This document shows, piece by piece, positions 17,228 to 26,945 of a DNA stretch of 38,490 nt. The notes beneath the pieces are model-generated. The model was not told where the DNA came from and ran no database searches. It saw only the letters and a list, made by a program, of their open reading frames with translations. Numbering within the stretch: the stretch's first letter is position 1; each line of letters starts with the position of its first letter. The DNA comes from a virus (Duplodnaviria; Caudoviricetes), in the IMG/VR virus record IMGVR_UViG_3300032334_000080, positions 1 through 38,490 of that record, one strand, 5' to 3'. The position numbers and the translations under genes were made by a program.

Positions 17228-19727
17228 AATGCCGATAGACCCAGAATTCAACCGATTCCTTGATGGGATCAAAGAAGTCCCAGAAGAGGGGATTGACATT
17301 GATCTTGACATGGAAGAGGCAGAAGTAGAGGAGTTGCCTGATGGCTCTGCCGTAGTCCAAATGGAGGGATTCAAAGGCCCATCTGAGGACGAGGACTTCT
17401 ATGCCAACTTGGCTGAGACTCTGAACCTCTATGACATTGAGAAGATAGCCAACCGCTATGTTGACCTCATTGAGAATGACAAAGAGTCCCGTGAGAAGCG
17501 AGACAAGCAGCAAGAAGAGGGCTTGAAACGCACTGGCATGGGTGATGACGCGCCCGGTGGGGCTATGTTCTTTGGTGCATCCAAGGTGGTTCACCCTGTG
17601 ATGGCAGAGGCTTGTGTGGACTTTGCCTCCCGCGCCATCAAGGAACTATTCCCACCAGATGGCCCAACTCGCACCAAGATCATTGGTGAGGTGACTGATG
17701 AGAAGACTGAGGTCGCAGAGCGTAAGCGCGACTACATGAACTGGCAGTTGACTGAGCAGATTGAAGAGTTTAGGGATGAGCAAGAGCAACTGCTGACCCA
17801 GTTGCCGTTGGGTGGCTCACAGTTTATGAAAATCTGGTATGACGAGACTAAGCGCAGACCATGTGCTGAGTTCGTCCCCATTGACAACATCTTGCTCCCC
17901 TATTCGGCGGTGAATTTCTATACTGCTCAAAGGGTTACAGAGGTGCAGACCATCTCCGCTTGGGAGTTGGATCAGCGAGTTCAAAGAGGTCTATACCGAG
18001 ACACCAACTTTGTCCGCGCTCATTCTGAGCCAGAGCAGACTCATTCTGAGAAAGCCAATGAGAAGATTGAGGGCAAGAAGTATCAGGACAATGAAGATGG
18101 AATGCGTAAGGTCTACCACATCTACACATGGTTAACCCTAGATGATGATGCTCGCACAGATGGTGAATCTGCCCCCTACATCTTGATGATTGACGAGTTG
18201 GAACACAAGGTTTTGGGCTTGTATCGCAACTGGGAGGAGGGTGATGAGACCTTTACCAAGTTGGATTGGCTCATTGAATTCAAATTTATCCCATGGAGGG
18301 GTGCATATGCTATCGGTCTTCCGCAACTCATTGGAGGTCTTTCTGCTGCGCTTACGGGCGCTCTTCGTGCCTTGCTCGATACGGCACACATTAACAATTC
18401 AGCGACGATGCTCAAACTTAAAGGCGCGAGAATTTCAGGTGCAAGTCAACAAATTGAGGTCACGCAGGTTACTGAGGTTGAGAGCGCGCCGGGTGTAGAT
18501 GACATCCGCAAGATTGCCATGCCCATGCCTTTTAACCCCCCAAGCCAAGTTCTGTTTGAACTCTTGGGATGGCTAACCAATGCAGCCAAAGGGGTAGTGA
18601 CCACGGCAGAGGAGAAGATTGCTGATGTGGGGCAGAACACCCCAGTAGGCACAACCCAGGCCCTAATTGAGCAAGGGGCGGCAGTATTCTCATCCATCCA
18701 TGCTCGCTTGCATGAGTCCCAACGCCGTGTGCTTGGGGTCATTGGGCGTCTGAATCGATGGTATTTGGACGAGCAAAAGCGTGGTGATGTTGTGGCTGAA
18801 CTTCCAATCAAGCGGGAAGACTTCAAACGCAATAGCGACATCATCCCTGTCTCTGACCCCCATATCTTCTCTGAGACTCAGAGGGTTGCTCAGATGCAAG
18901 CGGTTTTGCAGTTGTCTACCCAATTTCCTGCAATCTTTGACCAAAGGGCAGTTGTGGCTAGGATGCTAAAGCAATTGAAGATTCCTAACTCCAATGAGTT
19001 GATCCCCAATGCCTCTAAGCCTGCAGAGATGAATGCGGCTCAAGAGAACTCAGCCATGGCTTTGGGCAGACCCGCCTTTGCATACCCTCGCCAAGACCAT
19101 TTAGCCCACATACAGGCTCATTTGTCCTTTGCCCTAGACCCTAACCTAGGCATGAACAATTTGGTCGCTCCTAAGTACATTCCACAGGCTTTGGAGCATA
19201 TCAAGCAACACATGATGCTCTGGTATACCAACCAGATGCAGACCTATGCTGGTGGTGACACAGGGGTCAGAATTGACAACTACGATGGCAACAAGTTGGT
19301 CAAAGAGATTGACAAGGCTATTGCCATTGCCTCAGACCATGTGAAGATGGACTCCCAAGAGGTGTTTGCCGGGGTGATGCCCGCCTTGCAGCAACTTGGT
19401 CAGTTCATGCAGCAGTTCAAACCACCTGCACCTCCTATGGATGGTGAGGCACAGGCAGTTCTGCAAGCATCTATGGCTGAGACTCAGCGCAGAGCGGCTC
19501 AAGATCAAGCCTCTAACCAACTCAAGATGGCTGAATTGCAAGCCAAGATGGCTCGTGAGGATAAGGACTTGCAGGCTCGCATTGCGATGAATGCCGAGGA
19601 CAACCTCACAACTGAGCGTATGAAAACTGCGGAACTGACTGTAGATGGGGTCAGACTGCGTAAGGAGCAGGAAGAAACTGCAATTAAATTGAACCAAACC
19701 ACCCAAAGTAACTTAGGAGAACGATGA
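17220..19727 (+). CDS. Portal protein
   Basis: 835 aa after the terminase; 'GASKVVHPVMAEAC..F' and 'PVGTTQALIEQG' segments plus a long C-terminal helical barrel typical of podophage portals. Confidence 0.85.
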   Translation: MPEMPIDPEFNRFLDGIKEVPEEGIDIDLDMEEAEVEELPDGSAVVQMEGFKGPSEDEDFYANLAETLNLYDIEKIANRYVDLIENDKESREKRDKQQEEGLKRTGMGDDAPGGAMFFGASKVVHPVMAEACVDFASRAIKELFPPDGPTRTKIIGEVTDEKTEVAERKRDYMNWQLTEQIEEFRDEQEQLLTQLPLGGSQFMKIWYDETKRRPCAEFVPIDNILLPYSAVNFYTAQRVTEVQTISAWELDQRVQRGLYRDTNFVRAHSEPEQTHSEKANEKIEGKKYQDNEDGMRKVYHIYTWLTLDDDARTDGESAPYILMIDELEHKVLGLYRNWEEGDETFTKLDWLIEFKFIPWRGAYAIGLPQLIGGLSAALTGALRALLDTAHINNSATMLKLKGARISGASQQIEVTQVTEVESAPGVDDIRKIAMPMPFNPPSQVLFELLGWLTNAAKGVVTTAEEKIADVGQNTPVGTTQALIEQGAAVFSSIHARLHESQRRVLGVIGRLNRWYLDEQKRGDVVAELPIKREDFKRNSDIIPVSDPHIFSETQRVAQMQAVLQLSTQFPAIFDQRAVVARMLKQLKIPNSNELIPNASKPAEMNAAQENSAMALGRPAFAYPRQDHLAHIQAHLSFALDPNLGMNNLVAPKYIPQALEHIKQHMMLWYTNQMQTYAGGDTGVRIDNYDGNKLVKEIDKAIAIASDHVKMDSQEVFAGVMPALQQLGQFMQQFKPPAPPMDGEAQAVLQASMAETQRRAAQDQASNQLKMAELQAKMAREDKDLQARIAMNAEDNLTTERMKTAELTVDGVRLRKEQEETAIKLNQTTQSNLGER

Positions 19728-19906
19728 TGGATAAAGAAGTTAAAGAACTGCAATCTGAGCAAGTGCGTCAAAAAACCCGCATGGCGGCTGGCGCATGGAT
19801 CACAGGTGATTCACTAAAAGAGCAATCAAAAGCGACTATGCCAGAGGCTAACAGCGACCACGGCGACTTTAGCGGCAAGAAAGGTGTGGAGAAATCCAAC
19901 GCATGA
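19724..19906 (+). CDS. Small hypothetical protein
   Basis: AGGAG SD; ATGA coupling at both ends. Confidence 0.6.
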   Translation: MMDKEVKELQSEQVRQKTRMAAGAWITGDSLKEQSKATMPEANSDHGDFSGKKGVEKSNA

Positions 19907-20082
19907 AGTCCATATCCGACATCATTTCTGCTGTGAAAGTAGAGCAGGCAAGGATAAAGGAATCGTTGGCGCAAGGAAACTTGCCCAACTTTGAAACTTA
20001 TCAACGCCTTGTCGGGCAATACCAAGGGTTGGAAGCAACTCTTGACATTATCAACAACCTTTTAAAGGAAGACGAAGAATGA
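19903..20082 (+). CDS. Small helical protein (59 aa, MKSISDII...; not in the ORF track)
   Basis: ATGA coupling at both ends; 'FETYQRLVGQYQGL' pattern; lies directly upstream of groES. Confidence 0.7.
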   Translation: MKSISDIISAVKVEQARIKESLAQGNLPNFETYQRLVGQYQGLEATLDIINNLLKEDEE

Positions 20083-20501
20083 CTGAAAGCACGGTAGCGG
20101 GTAATGCCGCTGAGATAGAGGAGGCATTTCCTCTTGTAGACCCCGGTGCGATTCCATTAGGCGCTCGTGTACTTGTACAAATGCGATTAGCCAAGAAAAA
20201 AATGACTGAATCCGGGATTATTTTGCCTGAAGAGACACGAGATACCGAACGGGCGCAAAACCCAATCGGTAAGGTAGTGGCGATTGGCCCATTGGCGTTC
20301 AAGAAACGCGACTCAATGGAGCCATGGGTTGAGGGCAGTTGGTGTGACATTGGTGATTTCCTCCGAGTACCCAAATGGACTGGCGACCGCTGGACTGTTC
20401 GGCATGGAGAGGATGAACAAGTGGAATTTATGATTATGAATGACCACGAAGTTATCGCTAAAGTTACTGGAAATCCACTTGAGGTGAGGGCATTTGTATG
20501 A
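20079..20501 (+). CDS. groES: Phage co-chaperonin (GroES/Cpn10 family)
   Basis: 'PLGARVLV', mobile loop 'TESGIILP', 'GKVVAIGP' and 'IMNDHEVIA'. Confidence 0.88.
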   Translation: MTESTVAGNAAEIEEAFPLVDPGAIPLGARVLVQMRLAKKKMTESGIILPEETRDTERAQNPIGKVVAIGPLAFKKRDSMEPWVEGSWCDIGDFLRVPKWTGDRWTVRHGEDEQVEFMIMNDHEVIAKVTGNPLEVRAFV

Positions 20502-21490
20502 GTACAGATCAAAATAGTGTGGAAAATCAAGAGGTTATAGTCATTCAAGAGGAGGTAGATGGTTCTGCGACCATAGATTTGCCGCAAAGCATCCCCTCCC
20601 CTGAGGGTAACCATGAAGATGACTCTGATGAGGCTGATGAGCGCGCCCGACAGACCGAAATGGCTGTTGGAGGCTCTATTGACCCTGATGCAGAGGCTAT
20701 GCGGGAGCAAAAAAGGCAGAAACGCCGCGCCCGTAAGGAGTATCACAAGCAAGTTGCCTCTGAAAAAGACCTAAAACTAGACCATTTGAGCCGACAAAAC
20801 CAAGAATTGTTGGAAAGACTGTCTGTTTTAGAGAAAAAGAGCCATGGATCGGACATTGCACGCCTAAATAAGGCGATTGAAGACCAAAATTCACGGATTT
20901 TGTTCGCCAAGCAGAAGATTCAAGAGGCTACGGCAACAGGCAATGGGGAATTACTCACATCTGCCCAAGAAATGTGGTTTGAGGCTCGGAGACAGTCTGA
21001 GGCTCTTGAGGCTTTGAAGAAACGCTCGGTTGCCCCACAGCGCCAGCAGACTATCCAGGCCCCAGACCCACAATTGAAGAAGTTTGCGGGTGCATGGATG
21101 GAGAACAACCCATGGTACGACCCTAATGGGAAAGACCCTGACTCAAGAGTTGCTCTAACAATTGACCAAGCAATGGCTGAAGAGGGATGGAATCCCAAAT
21201 CTAGCGATTATTGGGAAGAGTTAGATAATCGCTTGCAAAAATATTTGCCACACCGTTATACTATGAATACCGATGAGAAACCGATTCGGAACTCTAGACC
21301 AAGGAATGTTGTGACAAGTTCAGGCCGTGAATCAGTATCAACTACTCGAGGAGGTAACACCTTCACCCTATCACCTGATCAGGTACGGGCGATGAAAGAT
21401 GCTGGTATGTGGGATGACGCTGATAAGAGAGCGAAGATGATTCGACGCTATGCCTTAGAAGCCCGACAAAACAATGGATATAGGAGTTAA
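20498..21490 (+). CDS. Probable capsid scaffolding protein
   Basis: Acidic N-terminus, long coiled coil, C-terminal 'TLSPDQVRAMK..G' helix; located between portal and capsid genes. Confidence 0.65.
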   Translation: MSTDQNSVENQEVIVIQEEVDGSATIDLPQSIPSPEGNHEDDSDEADERARQTEMAVGGSIDPDAEAMREQKRQKRRARKEYHKQVASEKDLKLDHLSRQNQELLERLSVLEKKSHGSDIARLNKAIEDQNSRILFAKQKIQEATATGNGELLTSAQEMWFEARRQSEALEALKKRSVAPQRQQTIQAPDPQLKKFAGAWMENNPWYDPNGKDPDSRVALTIDQAMAEEGWNPKSSDYWEELDNRLQKYLPHRYTMNTDEKPIRNSRPRNVVTSSGRESVSTTRGGNTFTLSPDQVRAMKDAGMWDDADKRAKMIRRYALEARQNNGYRS

Positions 21491-21493
21491 GAA

Positions 21494-22039
21494 ATGGTTG
21501 ATTCACGTTTAAAAAGAAATTTATCTGCTGGTGGACGCGAAACCCGCGCGAGTCTTGACAAAGTTCGAGAGGCACCTGAGGATACGTTCGTTTCGGCTGA
21601 AGAGCGTCGCAAGATGTGGAAAGACGAATGGACACAAAGCGCATTACCTAATGTCCCTGAATTAAAGGGATTTCACCTTTGCTGGTTATCAACAACTAGT
21701 AGTTACGACAGCATCGACAAGCGAATTCGACTAGGGTACGTTCCCGTGAAAGCGGATGAGTTACCTGAGTTTGAAAATTATCGCGTAAAGGCTGGCGAGC
21801 ATAATGGTTATGTTGCGTGTAATGAGATGTTGCTTTACAAGATTCCTATGGACTTGTACCAAGAAGTGATGGCTCATTTCCACCATGAGGCACCTCTTGA
21901 GGAAGCGAATAAGATTCGTCTCCAAGCAGAGCAAGCATCTGGTGCGCGTGATAGGAACGGGAGAAATCTCGCTCAAGTTGAAGGCGAAGGATTGGGTGAA
22001 ATTGACAAACAGATTCCTGCTCCGCATTTTGCTGGGTAG
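21494..22039 (+). CDS. Conserved head-module protein of unknown function
   Basis: TAGGAG SD; position in the head operon. Confidence 0.65.
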   Translation: MVDSRLKRNLSAGGRETRASLDKVREAPEDTFVSAEERRKMWKDEWTQSALPNVPELKGFHLCWLSTTSSYDSIDKRIRLGYVPVKADELPEFENYRVKAGEHNGYVACNEMLLYKIPMDLYQEVMAHFHHEAPLEEANKIRLQAEQASGARDRNGRNLAQVEGEGLGEIDKQIPAPHFAG

Positions 22040-22070
22040 GGTAGTTTAAAACCAATCAAGGAGTAAGACT

Positions 22071-22643
22071 ATGTCTTCAACTAACGCTCCGTTTGGCTTG
22101 CGCCCCTCATTCCATCCATCTGGATTGGATCGTGCTGTGGCTCTCGCTGGCGGTATTGCATCTGGTTATAGCACTGGCATTTTAAAAGGTCAGCCTGTAG
22201 CCCTTAACACCAGTGGCAACATCATTGCCGCAACTGCTGGTAGTGCCTATCAAGGTGCTTTCGCAGGTTGCGAATGGACTGACACTACTGGTCGTCGTCA
22301 AATCAGCAACCAATGGATCGCTAACACAGCGTACCAAACTGGTTCTAATGTGACTTACTACTACTCTGATCCTAATATCGTTTACGACATTCAGGCTGAT
22401 GGTAGTCTCGCCCAAACTTCTATTGGCGATCAAGCAAACTTTACAAACATTACTGCTGGTTCTACAACCACAGGTTTGTCACAGTGCACGATCTCTACTA
22501 GTCTTGCAGGCTCAAGCGCGGTCGGTGATATGCGTATCATCGGTCTTTATAACGGCGTAGACAACGCTTGGGGTGATGCTTACACAGTAGTGCAAGTTCA
22601 AGTCTCACGTAGTCAGTACGTTGCAACCATTAACGCCATCTAA
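22071..22643 (+). CDS. Probable capsid decoration/cement protein
   Basis: 'NAPFGLRP' N-terminus, beta-rich; immediately upstream of the major capsid gene. Confidence 0.6.
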   Translation: MSSTNAPFGLRPSFHPSGLDRAVALAGGIASGYSTGILKGQPVALNTSGNIIAATAGSAYQGAFAGCEWTDTTGRRQISNQWIANTAYQTGSNVTYYYSDPNIVYDIQADGSLAQTSIGDQANFTNITAGSTTTGLSQCTISTSLAGSSAVGDMRIIGLYNGVDNAWGDAYTVVQVQVSRSQYVATINAI

Positions 22644-22657
22644 GGGGGGACTGAACC

Positions 22658-23572
22658 ATGGCCGCTCCAATGCGCAGTACGGACTTTAGAAGTATTGTTG
22701 AACCAATTCTCAACGAATGCTTTGATGGAGTCTATGATCAACGTACCGATGAATGGTCACGAGTTTTCCGTGAGCAAGAAGGTATTCCACGTAACTACCA
22801 CGAAGAGCCTGTCCTTTATGGATTTGGTGCAGCACCTCAGTTGCCTGATGGCACTCCTGTGTCGTACCAACAAGGTGGTGTTCTGTTCTTACAACGCTAT
22901 GTATACAACGTATTTGGCTTGGCCTTTGCGTTGACCAAAGTGTTGGTTGAGGACGGTGACCACATCCGTATCGGTCAAGTTTATGCACGTCACTTGGCAC
23001 AGTCTTTGATTGAAACCAAAGAAACTTTGTCAGCAAACGTGTTGAACCGCGCTTTCAATAGCGCATACCCCGGTGGTGACGGTGTTGCTTTGAATAGCAC
23101 ATCACACCCAATCGTTAACGGCACAGTCAGCAACTTGTTGACCACCGCCGCTAACTTGTCTCAGACTTCTCTTGAGCAAATGTTGATCCAAATCCGTCAG
23201 GCTGTGGACAACAACGGCAAGAAGATTCGTCTTGTGCCACGTCAACTGGTGGTAGCACCGGGCAACGTGTTCCAAGCCGAGGTTCTGCTCAAGTCAGTCT
23301 TACGCGCTGGTACAGGCAACAACGACGTCAACCCAATCAAGTCTATTGGCTTGCTTGACGAGGGCGCGGCTGTTCTGTCTCGTTTGACTTCATCTACCGC
23401 ATGGTGGGTGCAGACTGATGCTCCAGAAGGCATGAAGTTGCTGATGCGTCGCAAACTCGAAAAGACGATGGAAGGCGATTTTGAGACCGACTCTATGCGC
23501 TACAAGGCAACAGAGCGTTACCAAGTAGGCTTTACCGACTGGCGTGCTATGTACGGCACACCCGGCGTCTAA
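22658..23572 (+). CDS. Major capsid protein (Mu gpT-like, HK97 fold)
   Basis: 'GDGVAL.STSHP', 'PRQLVVAP' and 'DFETDSMRYKATERY..G..DWR..YG' motifs; followed by a terminator. Confidence 0.85.
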   Translation: MAAPMRSTDFRSIVEPILNECFDGVYDQRTDEWSRVFREQEGIPRNYHEEPVLYGFGAAPQLPDGTPVSYQQGGVLFLQRYVYNVFGLAFALTKVLVEDGDHIRIGQVYARHLAQSLIETKETLSANVLNRAFNSAYPGGDGVALNSTSHPIVNGTVSNLLTTAANLSQTSLEQMLIQIRQAVDNNGKKIRLVPRQLVVAPGNVFQAEVLLKSVLRAGTGNNDVNPIKSIGLLDEGAAVLSRLTSSTAWWVQTDAPEGMKLLMRRKLEKTMEGDFETDSMRYKATERYQVGFTDWRAMYGTPGV

Positions 23573-23580
23573 AGTGTCAG

Positions 23581-23610
23581 GGGGTTGGGATAAAACCCAG
23601 CCCCTTTTTT
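23581..23610 (+). terminator. Rho-independent terminator after the capsid gene
   Basis: GGGGTTGGG-ATAAAA-CCCAGCCCC followed by TTTTTT. Confidence 0.85.
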
Positions 23611-23653
23611 GTTTTAAAACTGTATTTGTCATACTTTTCAAGGAGAAGACAAA

Positions 23654-24616
23654 ATGCCTCAATATTCAGATGATCTATTTCTAGGGCCAGCCGTTACCTA
23701 CATGGGTACGGGTTTGCGTCCCTACACCTCAACCTTTACTGGCTCAATTGCAACAACCACTCTAACCGTCACAGCAATGTTGTCTGGTTCACCAATCGTG
23801 GTTGGTATGTACATTGATGGAACTAGCATTACAGATGGCACTTACATTACTGGTTTTGGTACTGGTACTGGAGGTACGGGTACTTACACGGTTAACCAAT
23901 CAGTAACCGCATCTAGCACCACAATTACTGCACATAGCAATGTGCCTCTTGATAACCCTGCTCCTATGGACTTGGGTGTTGGCCCCTTGGGTCGCATTTA
24001 TGTGTGGGACATTGTTCCTCAAGCCGCCGTCACCAACAACATCGCCGCGTCGCAAACTGCCGCCGCCGCTGGTGCTGTCACTCTGACTGCTGGTACTTCG
24101 GTGCGGTCTGTCACTACTGCTGGTGGTGCGACTGTATTGCAACTTGACTGCCCTCGCGCTATTAAGGTGAACTGCTCTACAACTGCTCGTGCTTTCACCG
24201 TCAGTGGTTACGACTACTACGGGCAGGCAATGAGTGAAGTTATCACTGTTGCCACCGCTGGCACTGCCGTTACTGGTTTGAAGGCTTTCTTCCAAATCTC
24301 TAGCGTGACCATCGCTGGTTCTGCAACTGCCGTTGTGGTTGGTACAAGCGACGTACTGGGTCTTCCAGTTCGCGTGTTCAACGTGTCATACGTTGCAAGC
24401 GTCAAGAGCAACAACACACTAGCGCAAGACGCTGGTACGTTTGTAGCCGCTGACACCGCAACTGCTACGACCACTACTGGTGACGTTCGCGGTACATACA
24501 CCCCTGCCACTGCATCGAACGGTATCGTTCGTACAACTATGGGAATTTTGTTGCCTGCTATTGCTGTTGGCCCTAACGCTACTCGCGTTGGCGCTCTCGG
24601 CGTAACTCAAGCCTAA
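23654..24616 (+). CDS. Virion structural protein (head fibre or decoration-like)
   Basis: AAGGAG SD; Thr/Ala/Gly-rich beta composition. Confidence 0.65.
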   Translation: MPQYSDDLFLGPAVTYMGTGLRPYTSTFTGSIATTTLTVTAMLSGSPIVVGMYIDGTSITDGTYITGFGTGTGGTGTYTVNQSVTASSTTITAHSNVPLDNPAPMDLGVGPLGRIYVWDIVPQAAVTNNIAASQTAAAAGAVTLTAGTSVRSVTTAGGATVLQLDCPRAIKVNCSTTARAFTVSGYDYYGQAMSEVITVATAGTAVTGLKAFFQISSVTIAGSATAVVVGTSDVLGLPVRVFNVSYVASVKSNNTLAQDAGTFVAADTATATTTTGDVRGTYTPATASNGIVRTTMGILLPAIAVGPNATRVGALGVTQA

Positions 24617-24628
24617 AGGAGAGCAGTC

Positions 24629-25945
24629 ATGGGTCAATTTAAACCAATGGTCAAAATGATGACCACAGAGCCTACAGTTGAGTTAAAACTCGCTAAAGGC
24701 GGTCATGTAAACATGAAAAAGGGTGGTAAAGCCGAGTCTGGTCATAAGAAGATGGCTATGGGTGGCGGTGCTATGGACATGATGTCAGGAACTCCTGCTT
24801 TGGTAGGTCGCCCTGCTATGAATGCTCCAGTTCGCTCTCCCGGTAAACCATCTATGGCGGCTCGTCGTAAGGCAATGATGGCAAAGCCTGCTGTTACTCC
24901 ATCAGGCCCCCCAATGGCCCCTCCTCCTATGAAAAAAGGCGGTAAGGCAGAGGGTGGTGAGTCCAAAAAGACTCACATGGCTGAGATGAAAGAGATGAAA
25001 GGTCTTGAGAAAGAACTGAAATCTCACGAAAACAAGCCCGCATCTAAAGGTCACAAAGGTCTTAAAACTGGCGGTGTTGCCCTTGGCAATGGCGGTGGTT
25101 ACAAGAAAGGTGGCAAGATTGCTAAGTTTGCTAAAGGCGGAGTTGCTGGCGATGGCATCATCCCTGTTTCAGCCTCATCTCGTGGTGCTGAGAAGTTCAA
25201 AAACACCATGATGCACACCGCAGAGTACACAGGCAAGTCTTCTGGTAAGACTGGCGATGTGAAACTCGGCAATGGTGGTGGCTACAAAAAGGGTGGCAAG
25301 ATCAAGAAGTATGCAACCGGAGGTGTAATCCCTTCTGAGTCTACTTCTGGCTCTTATGCAACGACTGAGATGCATACTGCTCGCCCTGATAGCGCGGGTG
25401 GTGGCACAGGTGGTGTTCGCTTGGGCAATGCTGGAGGCTTTAAAAAAGGCGGTTCAGCAAAAAAAGCCTACGCGGCGGGGGGTACTGTTAATTCAGGTCG
25501 TCCCGTCGCGATGCCCCAAGGTCGCAAGCCAACTCCCGCACCAGTAGCAATCAGCCGTTTGGCTGGTACTTACAAAAATGGTGGTCGTGCAACCCCTGCA
25601 GAGGCGGTTCTTTTAAAGAACAACCGCGCAGAGAATGCAACTGCCATGCGGGAAGCCAAAACCGATAGCAATCTGAAGTATGGGTCTCCCAAACGGATGA
25701 ATGAAGGTGGCGGCACAACTGATATGTCTAAGGGTGCATATGATGCTCACTATGCTCGTGAAAAGGCAGAGAATGAGGCAGATCGCAAGATGATGACTGA
25801 TGCCCTTATGTACTTGCCTCGCCAAGCCAAGAAGGCTTTTAATAGCCTTACTGGTCAAGGTGCGGTGACTACTACAGAGCGTGAGATCAGCAAGACTGTT
25901 TCTCCTCCTCCTGCTAAAAAGCGGAGCGGTGGTAGGGCTTGTTAA
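24629..25945 (+). CDS. Basic low-complexity protein built from xxxGG repeats (probable internal head protein)
   Basis: About 14 copies of the type MKKGG/YKKGG/FAKGG/YATGG/YAAGG; Lys/Gly/Met-rich. Confidence 0.7.
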   Translation: MGQFKPMVKMMTTEPTVELKLAKGGHVNMKKGGKAESGHKKMAMGGGAMDMMSGTPALVGRPAMNAPVRSPGKPSMAARRKAMMAKPAVTPSGPPMAPPPMKKGGKAEGGESKKTHMAEMKEMKGLEKELKSHENKPASKGHKGLKTGGVALGNGGGYKKGGKIAKFAKGGVAGDGIIPVSASSRGAEKFKNTMMHTAEYTGKSSGKTGDVKLGNGGGYKKGGKIKKYATGGVIPSESTSGSYATTEMHTARPDSAGGGTGGVRLGNAGGFKKGGSAKKAYAAGGTVNSGRPVAMPQGRKPTPAPVAISRLAGTYKNGGRATPAEAVLLKNNRAENATAMREAKTDSNLKYGSPKRMNEGGGTTDMSKGAYDAHYAREKAENEADRKMMTDALMYLPRQAKKAFNSLTGQGAVTTTEREISKTVSPPPAKKRSGGRAC

Positions 25946-25950
25946 AAATT

Positions 25951-25975
25951 AGTAGGGGGTTCGCCCCCTACTTTT
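25951..25975 (+). terminator. Rho-independent terminator
   Basis: AGTAGGGGG-TTCG-CCCCCTACT followed by TTT. Confidence 0.8.
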
Positions 25976-25989
25976 AATTGGAGATAAAT

Positions 25990-26409
25990 ATGGCTGATGC
26001 AGTCGCAAGTCAAACGCTCATGGACGGTGAGCGCGTTGCAATTATGAAATTCACAAACACCAGTGATGGCACTGGTGAAACCAATGTGGTCAAAGTTAAT
26101 CCTTCAACTTTGGCTCCTTCTGGTTCAGGCGGTGGCGCTTGCGACCGTGTGACTATTACCAAGATTACTGGTTTGACTCACGGCATGGAAGTGCAGTTGA
26201 AATGGAAGGCATCAACACCTGTGGTCATTGAAACCATTCCTCAGAACAATGCTTACCAACAAGACTTTGAGAAAATTGGTGGTTTGACCAACAATGCTGG
26301 TACTGGTGTTGATGGAGCAATCACATTCACCACGCTAGATGCCTCTGCTGGCGACACCTATACCGTGGTGCTTGAAATGGTGAAACACTATGTGAATCCG
26401 TTGGGTTAA
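25990..26409 (+). CDS. Virion structural protein (beta-rich)
   Basis: GGAG SD favours ATG 25990; located in the structural operon. Confidence 0.6.
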   Translation: MADAVASQTLMDGERVAIMKFTNTSDGTGETNVVKVNPSTLAPSGSGGGACDRVTITKITGLTHGMEVQLKWKASTPVVIETIPQNNAYQQDFEKIGGLTNNAGTGVDGAITFTTLDASAGDTYTVVLEMVKHYVNPLG

Positions 26410-26411
26410 TC

Positions 26412-26936
26412 ATGCCAAGCAAATCACCTTCCCAACATCGCTTGATGGAGGCTGTTGCTCACAACCCCTCTTTTGCTAAAAAAGTAGGAATTCCTCAAAA
26501 GGTCGGCAAAGAGTTTGCCAAGGCTGATGAGGGGAAAAAATTTAAAGGAGGCGGTCTCTATGAAAATATCCATGCAAAGCGTGAACGAATCGCTGAAGGC
26601 TCTGGTGAAAAAATGCGCCGAGTTGGCAGCAAAGGTGCGCCAACGGCTGACGCGTTCAGAGAATCAGCCAAAACAGTAAAGAAGAAAGATGGCGGCCCTA
26701 GTTTGGCTGTTGGTCGTGGCGAAAAATTATCAGTAGATAAGGGCGCAGGACTTACACAAAAGGGGCGCGAGAAGTACAATAGAGAGACTGGAAGTCACTT
26801 AAAAGCACCGCAACCACAAGGAGGGCCTAGAAAGGACTCATTTTGTGCGCGGATGTCTGGGGTTGTAGAACATTCAAAAGGGGACGCTCCACGCGCCAAA
26901 GCATCTTTAAAGCGTTGGAATTGCCCCGGTTGGTAA
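26412..26936 (+). CDS. Basic three-module protein with a DUF6321-like C-terminal part
   Basis: 'GLTQKGREKYN.ETGS.LKAP...RKDSFCARM...SLKRWNC'; modules separated by FKGG and KDGG. Confidence 0.6.
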   Translation: MPSKSPSQHRLMEAVAHNPSFAKKVGIPQKVGKEFAKADEGKKFKGGGLYENIHAKRERIAEGSGEKMRRVGSKGAPTADAFRESAKTVKKKDGGPSLAVGRGEKLSVDKGAGLTQKGREKYNRETGSHLKAPQPQGGPRKDSFCARMSGVVEHSKGDAPRAKASLKRWNCPGW

Positions 26937-26945
26937 AGGATAGGT

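Noticed and set aside
20051-20752. 233-aa minus-strand ORF
   Set aside because: Antisense to groES and the scaffold gene; no recognisable features.
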